Below are positions 1 to 19,289 of a stretch of 64,000 nt of DNA, in pieces. Numbering within the stretch: position 1 is the stretch's first letter; each line of letters begins with the position of its first letter. Location of the stretch: contig OZ024740.1 of assembly GCA_964016885.1 (NCBI GenBank), positions 297,476,001-297,540,000 of the forward strand, in the 5' to 3' direction. A program made the translations under genes and the position numbers. Below the pieces are notes generated by a model. That model saw nothing but the letters and a program-made list of their open reading frames with translations, did no database searches and was not told where the DNA came from. This stretch comes from Eledone cirrhosa. Taxonomy: Eukaryota.

Positions 1-695
1 ACATTTTTAAGGCAAACGAGGCCCCTGCTTAGAACCGTAACTCCTTAGGGACACCATATCCACATACGGTGTTTCAAGAGCACTTTTTCAATCTGGTGGA
101 GCCCATCTCTTCTCCAAATCTGAATACAGCAGATTTCTCCCAGAGAATGATAGAGGGAGTGAGAGAATGGAAGTGAGAAGAAAATATAGAGAAAGAATCG
201 ACCCCAGTACTAGACTGGTACTTTTTTTATCGACCTCGAATGGATGAAAAGCAAGGTTGACCTCGGTGGAATTTTAACTAAGAGTGCAGAGTGTTGGAAC
301 AAAAACCGACGCTCTAACGACTCTTACAATTCGCCGCCGTAGAAACATTTATTACCCACCAACTAAAATCACATTGACGGTCCCTGTTAACACAATGACC
401 ATGTTCATATACTTCCCTACCCCAGCAACCACTACAACACCAATTACTATAACATCAGCCACTCACACTATAACTAATATTACAACAACGTAAAAAGCAA
501 AACGTATAATAAATGAACGAAAAATCTAGTCAAACGGAAAAAGCAGACTGAAAATGTTAATACCAAACTAGTTGACCTAGGAAAGGGCAGACCTATTAAC
601 AGTGACACTTGAGCAACTTTTAGATAGGGTTATTCGTACATCATGTATATTTGCAATCCCCATTACTCAATTTTATCTACTGTAATTTTGACCGG

Positions 696-746
<51 letters not shown>

Positions 747-1667
747 TGGGGTTCTCGTCTAAAATATACCGGATAAGATTATAATAATGCCACAGTTTTA
801 ATTTGATACCATCAAAAGGGCGTCGATGTATGTTATATTTTTAAATACATCTTGTCACCCCATACAGTCATTAGAATGCTACAAACAAAAAAAAAACATT
901 CATTGTTATGTGAGGTATGTCAACTATAGTATACTAGCGTGACTTAGTTGTTAGGTTGTTGGGCCCACGGTCGAAAAGGGGTTAGTTCGGTTTCCAGACT
1001 GGGTGGTGTATTGTATCCGAGAAATACGTTTTATTTGCCCTTGCTTCAGTCCACTCAATTGTATTTGTAATGTACTTCAAAGGTTTCAGGTCTCACCATA
1101 CACTGCATCATATTGAATCTCTCCATGAGTTATTTTAAGGGTACACGTGTCTGTTGAATACTCGGCTACTTTAACCTTAATTTCACAAGCAGGTTGTTAT
1201 TCCGTTGATCGAATCAGACTGGTCGCCAGAACTTAAGAAGATCCAACAAAAACAGCAACAACACTGTATCAAAGGTCTATTGAATAAATTCTGTATAAAT
1301 ACATTCTGTATAAATACATTCTCGGCGTAATTGATGGGTCTTCATACATACACACACACAATTAAGTAAATAGCCGTCGACACGACGTGGACACTAACTA
1401 TTTACAATACAAACACTCTACTTTCCCAAGTTTCGAGTACTAGGATGGAAAATGGTCTTACTAGTCCAAACTGGTAACTTCCAGTCTCTCTCTATCTCTC
1501 TCTGTGTCTCTATCTCTCTCTCTCTCTCATTATCTATTATAACATGTGTCGCTCTTGTCGTTTCAACAGCTAGTTCCAGACTGAAATAGCTATTTGCTAC
1601 GATGGCCTAATCAGTTTTAAACTGATTCTATCCTTATATATATATATATGTGTGTGTGTGTGTATAT

Positions 1668-2192
1668 ATATAATAAAATATGTCTTTAGAATCACTAGAT
1701 ATAATATATACCATTTCCTCTCCCAATTAGCATAATTAACCATATAAAAAATCAATTAGACCAAGCTATAAGAATAAAGGCTCCTATGAAGAAATCTCCG
1801 ACAAATAACCGAAAGCAGCCCCTGAGCTCGCTCCTGATGATTCCGAAGGGCTGGACATTCCTTGTTATCGGATATCTTAAAATACGGATGAAACCATGGT
1901 AGAGGTAATTAGGTATGTACACAATTCTTCTAAGTTCAATTTTACACCTAATTGGGTATAGTTGACTGTATATCTGGTCGATTTTTACATGCTGTCGAAA
2001 TGTGAGATAAACAATCTATTATAGCCGCCGCGAAGGTGCTGCTTTCGGTTATTTGTCGGAGATTTCTTCATAGGAGCCTTTATTCTTATAGCTTGGTCTA
2101 ATTGATTTTTTATATGGTTAATTATAATAATTGGGAGAGGAAATGGTATATATTATATCTAGTGATTCTAAAGATATATTTTATGATATATA
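1668..2192. mobile_element. Fold-back PLE pLTR remnant in (TA)n
   Basis: ~150-bp inverted arms at 1668-1819 and 2038-2192; the loop contains an HHR. Confidence 0.7.
1831..1904 (+). ncRNA. Type-I hammerhead ribozyme with a long stem-II loop
   Basis: CTC-CTGATGA-T-TCCG...CGGA-T-GAAAC-CATG-GTA|GAG; palindromic stem III ACCATGGT. Confidence 0.75.
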
Positions 2193-2305
2193 GCTCTGAT
2201 TATTTTATTTAATTTATTAATTTCTCATTGAGCCACAGCGAGACCGGTTGCAAAACACATATATATCTATGACTTTATGTATATATGTAAATCTTTATAT
2301 GTATG

Positions 2306-6187
<3,882 letters not shown>

Positions 6188-6229
6188 TAATATATATATA
6201 TATATATATATACATAACATACTTACTTG

Positions 6230-7020
<791 letters not shown>

Positions 7021-7034
7021 TATATTTATATATA

Positions 7035-7775
7035 TTTATTAAAATAACAGATTAAAGTTTAAGCAAAGAATCGCTGCTTTCACCCTTAACGGGATCTTCG
7101 GAAACTAACAAAGTCAATCTGTAAACGCAGAGGTGGATATTTCAAAAAACATTGCAACCGGAGGAAGACAGGAAGACGATACTTTGGTTCGAGGAAACGT
7201 TCGCTGGCAAAAAAACGGAAAAATACGAATAAGATACGTCATTAATAGGAGCGGTGAAAAACAATTACGCGCAAAGACAGAACCACGTTTATGGTATAAA
7301 AGAGGTCGTAGACTAATGTTCTCTTAGGTGGTTTATAGAGACGTTCTCTGGCAAAAACGAAAAAAAACGAAGATAATACGTCATATGTGGAGCATGGAGA
7401 ACAATAGCACGCAAAGACAAAACCACGTAAATGGTATAGCAGAAGTCGTAGACTAAAATTCTAACTAGGAGACCGAATGAATCTCCGCTACAGAGTTAAG
7501 AACAAAGTAAATAAATACAATACAGAAGTAATAGAAATAAATAAATACATACACGCAAAAAAATACACAAGGATACGCAAGCATACGCAAGCATACGCAA
7601 AACACTTACCAAAACACTTTGTTAGTTTCAGAAGATCCCGTTAAGGGTGAAAGCAGCGATTCTTTGCTTAAACTTTAATCTGTTATTTTAATAAATATTT
7701 GCTCTATGGTTCTTATATATTTGATATATATTTATCCTTATCGAGCCCTCTTTGGATTTTAGTCTTGAAATTTAT
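7035..7775. mobile_element. PLE-like pLTR remnant with an inverted copy and an HHR variant
   Basis: 7035-7112 is the inverse of 7618-7697. The HHR-like fold is AGTTT-C(A/C)GAAGA-T-CCC-GTTAA-GGG-T-GAAAGCA...TGCTT|AAACT. The same family occurs at 8452-8508, 9290-9360 and ~53030-53615. Confidence 0.7.
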
Positions 7776-7843
<68 letters not shown>

Positions 7844-7853
7844 ATATATATAT

Positions 7854-7904
<51 letters not shown>

Positions 7905-7908
<4 letters not shown>

Positions 7909-8404
7909 AAAGAATAGAGGTGTAACACACAAGTTATTATATATTGGTAAACGGAATAGAAAATGCTGACAAATTGTTCACAGTTGAAAAATGATTTAAT
8001 TAGGAATAAAAGAGTATTAGTGATTGTATGGGTTAGTATTCAGTTGTGGTTTTATGTTTTTAAGTTTTTACCGGTTGCGCATTTCTAAATGCTTTTCAAA
8101 AATAATTTTGAGATAGAGTGTCCGTGCTGTTTGCTCTGATCTGATTAGTTTTGGGAATTCTACCTGTTTTTATGTAACATAAAAACAGGTAGAATTCCCA
8201 AAACTAATCAGATCAGAGCAAACAGCACGGACACTCTATGTCAAAATTATTTTTGAAAAGCATTTAGAAATGCGCAACCGGTAAAAAATTAAAAACTTAA
8301 AACCACAACAGAATACTAACCCATACAATCACTAATACTCTTTTATTCCTAATTAAACCATTTTTCAACTGTGAACAATTTGTCAGCATTTTCTATTCCG
8401 TTTA

Positions 8405-8410
<6 letters not shown>
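7905..8410. repeat. Fold-back element in (TA)n
   Basis: ~230-bp arms folding at ~8173; same family as 41381-41795. Confidence 0.85.
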
Positions 8411-8458
<48 letters not shown>

Positions 8459-8581
8459 TAACAGATTAAAGTTTAAGCAAAGAATCGCTACTTTCACTCT
8501 TAACGGGATGTTCTATATATATATATTTATATATATATACACACACACACACATATATATATGTATATATATATTTAAATA

Positions 8582-8617
<36 letters not shown>

Positions 8618-9139
8618 TGTATGTATGTATATAAAGTGTTTGTGTGTGTGTGTATTTTTTCGTGAATGCGAGTCGGATGTTTGTGGAAATTAAGCGTAAT
8701 GTAAAACAATTTTGACTGTTAAAATGAATCTGGTTGTAGGATTAAGTCAACCAATTAATTCAAAACAAATTCAACACAATAAACGTTTGTCTATGATAAA
8801 CCATGTTTTTATTTATTTTCTTTCACACACTATTTGTATATTTTATATATTTATTTTTCTTTACATATATTTTTATCGTTTGTTGCTTTGCTTTCATAAA
8901 TAAAAGCTTCTCTTGTCTTGTCTTAAGCAAAAGTTTGCAAACTTGACATGTCTTATCAACAAATATGCGACTGGAGATGGGGGGGGGGGGCTAAATTATT
9001 AGGAGAAAAGATGTTGATGGCGAAGAAAAGGAGCGAGTGAAAAAGTGAAAGTGGAAGACAGACGAGTCTGAGGAACAGAGTACGATACAAACACAGAGAG
9101 ATAAATTCACAAATATATATATATATATATATATATATT

Positions 9140-9254
<115 letters not shown>

Positions 9255-9499
9255 CATAGTTATATATATGCATATATATATATATATATTAGTTTCAGAA
9301 GATCCCGCTAAGGGTGAAAGCAGCGATTCTTTGCTTAAATTTTAATCTGTTATTTTAATAAGTATATATATATATGTGTGTGTGTGTGTATGTATTTATA
9401 TATATATATATACATATATATATGTGTGTATATGTATATATATATATGTATGTGTGTGTGTACATATGTATGTACTACACACACACATACAGATTTATA

Positions 9500-9605
<106 letters not shown>

Positions 9606-12039
9606 TCGCTTTACGCGTTTTAATTGTCCTAATAACTTAATTTAGTTATTATTGCACCGACGTGAGGTATATAATTTTTAATGCACTGAAATATCTATGA
9701 TCGTCGGCAAATCACTGATGAGGGACTTTTTTTATTACATGTTATCCATGTGCTACCAGCAGTATTTTTCTCCCCATTTTATCATATATATATATAATAT
9801 ATATGTATATATATAGAGTAGAGTTGGAGTTGGAATTTCCAACTTGCAGCGATAGAGAAAGGTGAATGTGAGATCTAAAAACAACCAGCAACAAACAAAC
9901 TGTGTGAAAAGAAGTAACATACGATAGTCGACTTATAAAGAGGGCAAATGTTAGTGAAACAGGAACTCTACATAGACAAGTCATTAGGGGTGAGAAAATA
10001 AATAGTATGATGAAAAAGATAATGAAAACTAGATGGTAGGTATTTAAGAGCGGAAGAAACAAAAAAACTGGGCGACAGAGAGGGATAGTGAGAGCGAAAG
10101 AGTGGGAATATGAAAGAGAGAGGGAGAGAGATAAGGAGAGAGGAGAAAGCAGTGGAGAAATAGAGAGGGCGAGACAAAAGATAGATGGGGCATATGTTTT
10201 AAAATAAGAAAGAATGGCGAGAGAGGTGAAACGTTGAGATTAGAAGTTCGTATTTTTAAAATATATTTTGACTGTATATTTTAACCTTAATCATCACAAG
10301 AATTCGTATTTCTTATTATCTTTACTTTAAATGGTTATATCTTTAATAGATTTGTTTATAAGATTGGTTAAATTAAGAAGTGCTGGGAAATTTTGAATTT
10401 GGTAATGTAGACTCCACAATAGTTGATAAATCGGTCAAAGTACCCTTAGAGGCTGGAAAACGTAGTAGTTCGTTTTTCCGTAGGTGTCTCTGTCCACTTT
10501 TTCTCCTTTGCAGATAAACATCCTCCGATTTATCAACTATTATTATAGTTATCTGCATTATAATGACTATATTATATGTTCCAGTTGTTCGATCAAAAGA
10601 ACTGCATGCTCATAAAAGTAACGTGTAAGTGGTTGATCATGCCCACAGTCGTAGCTGTGATCTCTCAAGTCGGAGAAGTAGCGATGTGGTTAGAATCTTT
10701 GGACAGATTTTACGAGCAAAACAAACCGGCAGGTGACCCAGGAGTTGACACAGAGCAGGATGGTTGCATAATATCCATGAGCTTGACTCGACTCGCTTGG
10801 GGATCCAATAGGATCAGTTAGAGACGTTTTAGTACTCTGCCCCCACGACCCCCGCAGGAATAAGTGGGCGAAGAAGAAAAAGCAGTGGCTGATCATTGCT
10901 CAGATACATCTACCCTTGATTTAATTCTCAGGGAAATTGAGCGTCACAGAATACGTGATGAGGCTCATTCTTTGAATTACAGGTTCAATCAACCCCATGG
11001 GCTTCCAAACAGCTTCTGTCTACCCAGCATGGTTCAAGCTATGGTAAATGACATTTGTCCAGGATGCCACGCACTGGGATCGAACCGAGATCCTTATGAT
11101 AGCGAAACGAGCATCTTGTCTATTCGGCCATGCTACGCCCACTGTAGCGGCACTTCGTCAGTTACGACGACGAGTGTTGCCGTTAATACGATCAACGGAA
11201 CAGCCTGCTCGTAAAATTAACGTGCAAGTGGCTGAGCATTCCACAAACACGCATACCCATAACGCAGTTGTCAGAATGTGACAGGGCTGCTTTTCGAACT
11301 ACAGGAACAACTCGTTTTTGCCAGATGAGTGGACCCAGAAGCGAGCAAAAAAAAAAAAGAAAAAGAAAAAAAAAAGCGAAATAAAGTTTCTTGCTTAAGG
11401 ACACAGAGCACCACCTGGAATCGAACTCACGACTTTACGATCTGGAGCAGAATACCCTAACCACAAAGCCACGTGCTTTCACATGCCGACTATAGAAGAA
11501 TGAAATGAGTGTTTATAGGGTGTACTGTATATTGAGAGGAATTTTTATAGGTTAAAAAAACTAAAACCATTTAAAGTTTATTGTCAACACAGATGCATTA
11601 AAGTCAGGGAAGTTAAACAAATCAGAAATAAGTTGAGTGATTTAGATAAACGATAGGGTTAAGAGAGAAACATATACTAAAAAATATAATGTTTTTATTT
11701 CTTATCACTTATTTTCATTTTCTGCAGACGGAGGAAACTGTTTCGTTTGCTTAGTAATTGAAAACAGTTAGAGACCAAACAAATCCATAAAAAAAAGAAA
11801 AAGAAAAAGAAAAAGAAAAAGAAAAAGAAAAAGAAAAAGAAAAAGAAAAAAGAAAAAAGAAAAAATGAAATATGCTTAACTGTTTGGATCTAAAAGTGTC
11901 GAAACATCTATTTGTTTTTCGCCAGTTGTATTGAGATGCAATTCTCTATTTTCTCAAAAGTTGATAGTATTGCAGATATAGCCCTTATTTGCTTGAGATA
12001 AATTTTAAACAATTCTAGCGGGAGTATCTGTATCAGTGA

Positions 12040-12330
12040 GCTACTCAACATTACCAAACTTAGACCAATTACATCAATTGTCAAGTCAAGAGTACGGCCA
12101 TATAAAAGGATCAACTCGTGGTGTGAGTAGGTTATGCCTGGAAGGAAAGTTGGCTGGTAAGAGAAGCAGAGGCCGGCAGCCAAAACGATGGCTCGACAAT
12201 GTCAACATATGGACTGGACTTGATATTTGCTCCTTGAACTATGCTGCTGGTGATCGAACTTTGTGGCGAGAGATATCACATGTTAATGCGCAGTCTGCAA
12301 CTGGCGGGGTTTAGCGTCACAAGAAGAAGC
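12040..12330 (+). mobile_element. RTE-like LINE 3' fragment
   Basis: YGHI...LEGKLAGKRSRGRQPKRWLDNV is a typical RTE ORF C-terminus. Confidence 0.7.
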
Positions 12331-12537
12331 GGGAGTATTCCCCTTCTTTTTTATAGGCCCCCATCGGCCATTAATGACTATGGTTTTGCATCTAGAAGAT
12401 TGCCCACCGAGGCAAAAGCCTGTGCGAGGTTTATTTGTGGAAGATAAGCAGTTGCCCATGCATACCAGTCTCCCCTCTCCACGCCACCGATGTTGTCCAA
12501 GTTGTCCAAAGGAAAGGCAATTTATAGATGTGTATAA

Positions 12538-12657
<120 letters not shown>

Positions 12658-12692
12658 AAATAAAATCCTATGACAATACACAAGAAGCAACA

Positions 12693-13780
12693 CATACCAG
12701 GTTGAGTCAAAAGTTTTTTTCTGAATAACACTGTTGATGTTTGGCAACTTGTATCTCCATGTTATATCAACTTGTCCAATCGTTGCTGAATTGTTTATTC
12801 TTTATTTTATTACATAACTTATCAACATTAATTATTTATTCTTTTGGGCGGTGGATTGGCAGTATCGGTAGAGGGTAGGACGCCATGCTTTGCAGAATAG
12901 AGTTACGGCCCTTTATGATCTGAGTTCAAATACCGCCGAGGTTAACTTTGCCTTTCATCCTTACGGGGTCGATAAAATAAAGTACCAGCAATGCACTGGG
13001 ATAATTGCTGGCCTTGTGCCAAAAAAAGAAATAATTAATTATTTATTCTTTATTTTACAGTTTTGTTAATGAGTGGTGAAAATGATTAAGTGAAAAGGCA
13101 GCGGCAAATGAAATTAATAATGTGAAAGGCCCAGGAACTGGCAACGAACATGTGACACATAACTGGTTTAGACGTTTCAAGGATGATGACACCAGCCTCG
13201 AAGGTAAACAAGGATCTGGAAGATGCTCTGTTGTATAAGATGAGGCCTTGCTTGATATGGTTGAACAACAGCCGAGCACAAGCACTGGTACATTGTTGGC
13301 AAAACTTCGTCTTCTACAAATCACCATCAAGCGACACCTCTATAAACTTGACCTTGTGAACAGATTCTGTCGAGAAAAGACAAATGAACACGTTGAACGA
13401 CCTGTGAATATTTACAAACAACTGCTAATTTCGTAATCCTAATAAGAGAAATCAGGGGTTTCGTTCCGGTCAGGTTTGAGAATCTGTTTTCAAACAAGAG
13501 CGGATTGAACAGGTCATGTTGTGTGATTGGTGGACTTTCGAAGGGGTGTTGCACTTTGAGCTTGTCCAAGGTGGTAATGCTTTGAACACTAACATTTATA
13601 CTCAACAACTGCGACGAGTATATGATACTTTGAAAGCCCTCCAGCCAGCATAAGTCAAACGAAGAGGCATGCCAATACCTCAGCACACAATGCCAATGTT
13701 TTTTACTCTCAACCAACCAAGTGGTATAAGCGTGAAATTGAGTTCCTGGCACAACGATGGTAACAAACAATACCATATGA
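12693..13780 (+). mobile_element. Degenerate mariner transposon interrupted by a SINE
   Basis: TA-caggttgagtcaaaag terminus; frameshifted transposase motifs HNWFRRFKDDDTSLEGKQGSGR and WWTFEGVLHFEL...NIYTQQLRRV. Confidence 0.75.
12847..13036 (+). mobile_element. tRNA-derived SINE (representative of about 20 copies)
   Basis: Head ggcggtggattggcagtatcggtagag, B-box gagttcaaat, conserved body ctttgcctttcatccttacggggtcgataaaataaagtaccag. Other copies, approximate: 19822-20007(-), 30408-30598(-), 30912-31098(-), 35378-35565(+), 40537-40708(-), 42081-42268(-), 52105-52220(-), 54634-54815(-), 56759-56959(-), 61990-62168(+). Older copies near 200-340, 27900-28045 and 58830-58975. Confidence 0.85.
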
Positions 13781-13917
13781 TGAGATATATTTTGTATGTA
13801 ATTTGTTTAAACTATCAATTAAAGCTTGAAATACGAAAATATGGTAGATACATGGAATGATAGATAGAAAAAAAAGAAATAGATGGTAGGTGGACAGATA
13901 GATAGGTGGATAGATAG

Positions 13918-15012
13918 ATTTCTTTATTTGCCACAAGGGCGCACAAGAAAAGGGGACAATACAAAGACATGCCGGGGATTTTACATACAGTCGTGTAAAA
14001 AATATAGAACAAACAATTACAACAACCGAAATCCCCAATAGATACCCCATAGATAGAACAACCCTCAACTCCAGGAGCGTGTTGTGCAAGTGCTCCTTTC
14101 TTCCTTTTGCTCTCTTCTTTAACCTACAGGCTTATAAACACAGAAGGCCCAATCACCCGGGCCATTTTTGCCACGTTCACCCACCTTTCAGTAAATTTAC
14201 TGGGGTGCAGTGTCTCTCTCTCCACTCTGATTCTCCTTCTAAAGTGATACTTAAAGAAGGGAATCAATTGTTGTCCGGAGAGAAAGGCATCTGTCCTCAA
14301 TCCTCTCAATCTCGTCCACCATATAACCTCTTTCACCATAGCCACCGTACAGAGGAAAACCGCCTCTCTCTCGTTTTTGAAAGAGGCTGGCGATTTGATC
14401 CTTACTATGGACTCGGCAGTTAACTGGATTTGTCCCAAAAGCGACAATAGTTGTTCTGCATAGTTTCACAGGTCGGTTACGCTCCGGCAGTGTACAATTG
14501 CGTGCAGGACGGTTTCAATGTCCTGCGCGCATCTTGGACACGTCCTCTTGGAATGATCCCTGCCGGGGCGTCCGTGCCTGTAGATCTTGTCACGAACCGG
14601 TAGAGCTCCTCGGTAGCACTGCCGGGCCAGGGACCTCTGGAAGTTGTCCATAGGTCCCGGGCGGAAAGTCCTACCAATCAGACTGGTGAGCTCACGTCTT
14701 CGACGCCCAGAGTCTCTCCGAGCACGTCGTCGCCCTTGTAACGTACAATCCCTCTATAGAATGTCGAAGTGGAGTCTCCACAGATTGCTGTGTCGCTTGC
14801 CAGAGGACTGTGAGCGCCTGAGCGCATTCAATGTGCCAGGCGCCCATCGTTTTCGGTCTTTTCTTGACCCAGGACTGCAGCTCCGTCAGCGAGACGAGCT
14901 GCGGGAAAGCCTGTCTCACAAACGGTGCCCATACCGGTTGAGGGTCGGTGAGGAATACCTGGAGATGCCGCAGCCTCAGCGCATGTTTGTGCATCATCAA
15001 CCACGGCATTCC
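13918..15012 (-). mobile_element. Tx1/L1-like non-LTR retrotransposon 3' fragment
   Basis: Zinc-knuckle region RDKIYRHG...CPRCAQDIETVLHAIVHC; the 3' UTR ends gtggcaaataaagaaat; flanked by GATA-type repeats. Confidence 0.8.
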
Positions 15013-15388
15013 CAGATAGGTGGACAGATAGTTAATTGGAAGGATAGATAGGTGGACAGATAGATAGGTACAAAATAATTTCCAAATAACATAAAATAAT
15101 AAAAAAAAAACAACTTTGGAATTTCCTAAAGAAACGAAATAAACAAACGTGATTTGATTAGCGGAGAAGTTAGTGGGGCGAAAGAGAAACAAACATAACA
15201 GCATAGTTTTCACAGAATTACTGAATTTCAATGTTGAGTTAAAGTATTTTGGGTTTTACTAAAACTAATTTGAAGCAGAAGCTTCGTGTACTTTTACAGC
15301 AGCTGTTAGCAGTGTTGGGGAAATTTATGTTACAATTATCCACAAGTCTCTTTTTATCAATCTTTCACCCCAATCTCTCCTCCTCCTC

Positions 15389-15448
<60 letters not shown>

Positions 15449-15656
15449 CCCTCACTCTGTGCCCCTTTCTCTCTCTCTTTCTCCCTCTTTCTCTCAATTT
15501 TTTCTTTGTTTTCCACTCGTTCTTCATCCCTTCCTCTGATGATCACACACACAAACACACACACATACACGCGCATGTGTGTGTTTGATTATTTGTTCGT
15601 GGGTTTATTTTGGGGTGTATTTGTGCGCTTGTTTGTTTTTGTGTGTGTATGTATAA

Positions 15657-15715
<59 letters not shown>

Positions 15716-16046
15716 AGTGTGTGTTTGGGTGTGTGTTTGAGTGTGTGTTTGGGTGTGTGTTTTTGTGAGTATTTATGAGTGTCTGCACATATTGACACGA
15801 TGGTTAGTGCACCAGATAGAAGTCATTTCAGCATTCGTTCTGACTCTCTGTTCTCTGAGTTGTTCCTTTCGAACTCTATTTTGTATTTCGAGGTTCATAA
15901 ATTTTTCATAAATTTTATATTTCGAGGTTCAGTCAAGTACTGAGGTTGAGCTTTCTTCCCACTCGGGATTTGCATTATGCCTATCTGCCTATTTACCTGT
16001 CTGCCTGTCTGCCTGTTTGCCTATCTGTCTATCTAACTATCTGATT

Positions 16047-16744
16047 ATCTACAGGCACGGACGCCCCGGCAGGGATCCTTCCAAGAGGACGTGTCCAAGA
16101 TGCGAGCAGGACATTGAAACCGTCTTTCACGCAATTGTACACTGCCCGGGCGTAAGCGACCTGTGGAACTAAGCAGAACAACTGTTGTCGCGTATGGGAC
16201 AAATCCAGTTGACTGCCGAGTCCATAGTAAGGAACAAACCGCCAGCCTCTTTCAAAAACGAAAGAGAGGCGGATTTCCTCCGTACAGTGGCTATGGTGAA
16301 AGAGGTTATATGGTGGACGAGGTTGAGAGGACTGAGGACAGATGCCTTTCTCTCCGGACAGCAATTGATTCTATTCTTTAAGTATCACTTTAGAAGGAGA
16401 ATCAGGGTGGAGAGAGAGGCACTGCACCCCAGTAAATTTACTGAAAGGTGGGTGAATGAAGCGAAAATGGCCCGAGTGATTGGGCCTTCTCTGTTTATAA
16501 GCCTGTAGGTTAAAGAAGAGGACAAAAGGAAGAACGGAGCACTTGCACAACACGCTCCTGAAGTTGAGGGTTGTTCTATCGACGGGGTATCAAACAACCC
16601 ATTGGTGGCGCCTCCCCCCTATTGGGGATTTCGATTGTTATAATTGTTTGTTTCAATATTTTTACACGACTGTATGTAAAATCCCCGGCATGTGTCTTTG
16701 TATTGTCCCCTTTTCTTGTGCGCCCTTGTGGCAAATAAAGAAAT
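16047..16744 (+). mobile_element. Tx1/L1-like 3' fragment, inverted relative to 13918-14585
   Basis: Highly similar to the reverse complement of 13918-14585; flanked by CTAT/CTGC repeats. Confidence 0.8.
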
Positions 16745-17142
16745 ATATCTACTTAAAGATATCTACTTATCTGCCTGTCTGGTTGTCTGCCTATCTGCCT
16801 GTTTGCATACCTGCCTGTCTATCTATCTGGCTGCTTGCCTATCTACCTGTCTATCTATCTGTGTGTTTACCTATCTACTTATCTGCCTGTCTATCTATCT
16901 GCGTGATTACCTATCTACCTATCTGCCTGTCTATCTATGAATTTGTTTGCCTATCTTCCTGCCTATCAATTTGCCTATCTGCCTCACTCTCACACCCACT
17001 CTCTCCCTCTGGAATAATTGGCTATGCCCAACTCTGGCGACGGATGATCTTTGAGAAACAACGAATGTTACAACAGTGCACAATAAGACACCAATAGGGG
17101 TTAACGGCTTATTAATATATATATATATATATATATATATTA

Positions 17143-17263
17143 TTCTTTCTTCTGATGAAGGACTAGCGTCCGAAACGTTAAGACCCTCTTCCTGCTATAG
17201 GAAGCGTTAACCTAATATATCCTTCCATATACTGTACCGATTGTGTTGTTATTTATGTTTACC

Positions 17264-17270
<7 letters not shown>
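17143..17270 (+). mobile_element. PLE 3' end with a minimal hammerhead ribozyme
   Basis: TCTT-CTGATGA-A-GGAC-TAGC-GTCC-GAAACGTT-AAGA directly after (TA)n. The same tail occurs at 43970-44095 with a mutated core (CTGATTA). Confidence 0.8.
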
Positions 17271-17331
<61 letters not shown>

Positions 17332-17349
17332 GCACACACACACACACAC

Positions 17350-17387
<38 letters not shown>

Positions 17388-18149
17388 TAATATATATATA
17401 TATACATTTGAACATTTATTATCAAATAATATTGTTTTTGCATTAGATATTCAATTACTTATTCATTTAATATGTTAACTCCCACTGACCTATCTATATC
17501 ATTGTATATATATATATTTCAGTTCACTCACCTGTAGAAATGAGTTCTGGTGTTACTGGAGCCAAGCTGTATCGGCTATTATCTTTCCCTTGGGCAACAT
17601 CAGTGGGGAGACTAGTATGCATAAGATACCTGAGCTTCTCCACTTGCTTCAGTGGAACTCCATTCACATCCAAAGTGTACTGCACAGGCTACCTTGAGTA
17701 GTGCCTGGTTTTCATTCCTGAGGTTCACCACTCGGCAGTGAACCTTTAAAGTGTATGCTGGAAATCACCTTCCGGCAAGTTAAGTTGTAACATGGCGTCT
17801 GTAAATTCCCACCGTGTGATCCTACACCCACCAATTTTGATACCTCTTTCACTTAGTATAAATTTTATCGGGGTGGTTTAACAAGGGGATATCTTTTTAG
17901 CTATAGCAATCTCTCTTGTTTCCCTTTTTAAAACTTGGGATTGTTACTCTCGGTTCCTCTTGCTTAGGTACCTTTCCAGAGATCCAGGCCACACAAGAGG
18001 TGGCTAGAAAATACCTTTTCTATTTAAAGCTTTTTATATCTCGGGGCGACTTTCATCCTGCTCAGAAGTCTTTCCATATTTGAGCCCTTTAATTGCTCTG
18101 GTAAGCTCATTAAATTATTCTCTTCGTCTTGCTAGATTACACTTCTCTA

Positions 18150-18780
18150 AAGAGAAAAGAACCCAGGCGCATTTGTGGAAGGAACGGCGATCCCGATCTA
18201 AATAAGAATTGAAAGTCCATATTAGACTTCTTCTGTTTTGTTATGAATACTTTCTTCCAGCAAAAAGGCATTCATAAATACACATGGTACCTCTAAATTT
18301 GTGATGGATACTCGTGTTAAGAGAGAGGCTGAGCTGTCAACTGAATGCCTTCTAGTTATCTGCAACCTAAGATTACCTAAAGCCAAGAAAACCCACAATA
18401 CTGGTAGATCGAACTTGACCTACAGGATAAAGGGTGAAGCAATGGCTAAGGAAATCAGGACCAAGTATGCGGATACTATTGCATCCAAATTCAGAGACCC
18501 CTCCGAACAAATTGCTGTTAAATGCTGCAGAGTAGCATGAGGATCCCTCGATTCAATCAAGAGATCAAATATGTCATCCAAGCAAAGAATGAGGCTTACA
18601 GAGTTTGGCTTGGAAATAAGTCCTCCTTCTTACACTTGCGTTAAAAGCAGGAATGAAAATTCGCTGCAGAGACAGAAAATTCGTCCAAAGTTAAGACTTT
18701 GGAGTACTTTGGGGTTAAGCTGGAACCCGACTTCAGGTCAGCAAATAAAGTGTTCTGGCAGACCATCCGCCAGAACACTG
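18150..18780 (+). mobile_element. Degenerate RTE-like LINE endonuclease-region fragment
   Basis: MNTFFQQKGIHKYTWY; DTRVKREAELST; SANKVFWQTIR. Confidence 0.6.
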
Positions 18781-19289
18781 TTTCTTTTTCTTGGGTTTCA
18801 AAAGCACAACCATGGAAACCTTTGTCAGTTTGTTTGTTCTTCGGGTTTTATTTTTTAAAATGCCTCACCAATAGAAGGAGTGCCAGTTTCTAACCCACAA
18901 ACAAGGTTTAGCTTCAGAGGCAACATAACCACATTTATTCTTTCCTTTTGAGTATATTGATTATATCAGTCAATATGCTCAATAAAAGTATTTAGTCCAG
19001 TGCATTCCATGCATTCCACAGAGACATACTTTAAACGTAATTATCGGGAAGATTTAGCATGACACATTATGTAACAGTTTCCGTCAACCAGTTTTACTCA
19101 ATGCATGAGTCGACATGAAGCTATGGTAAATAATACTTTCCCAAAGTGACACAGTGAAATCGAACCCGGGACTTAATGATTGTGAAGCGAACGTTTTAAC
19201 TATTCGGTCATGCTCCTTACAACGTTACAATAAGCACCATTCAAACATTTGGTAGAATTCAATCGATTCATTTTTTTTTTCTAAAAGAA

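Noticed and set aside
10576-11214. 81-aa and 116-aa plus-strand ORFs
   Set aside because: No recognisable motifs or splice support; likely decayed repeat sequence.
12847-12945. tRNA gene
   Set aside because: An A/B-box-like head without a cloverleaf, always followed by the SINE body.
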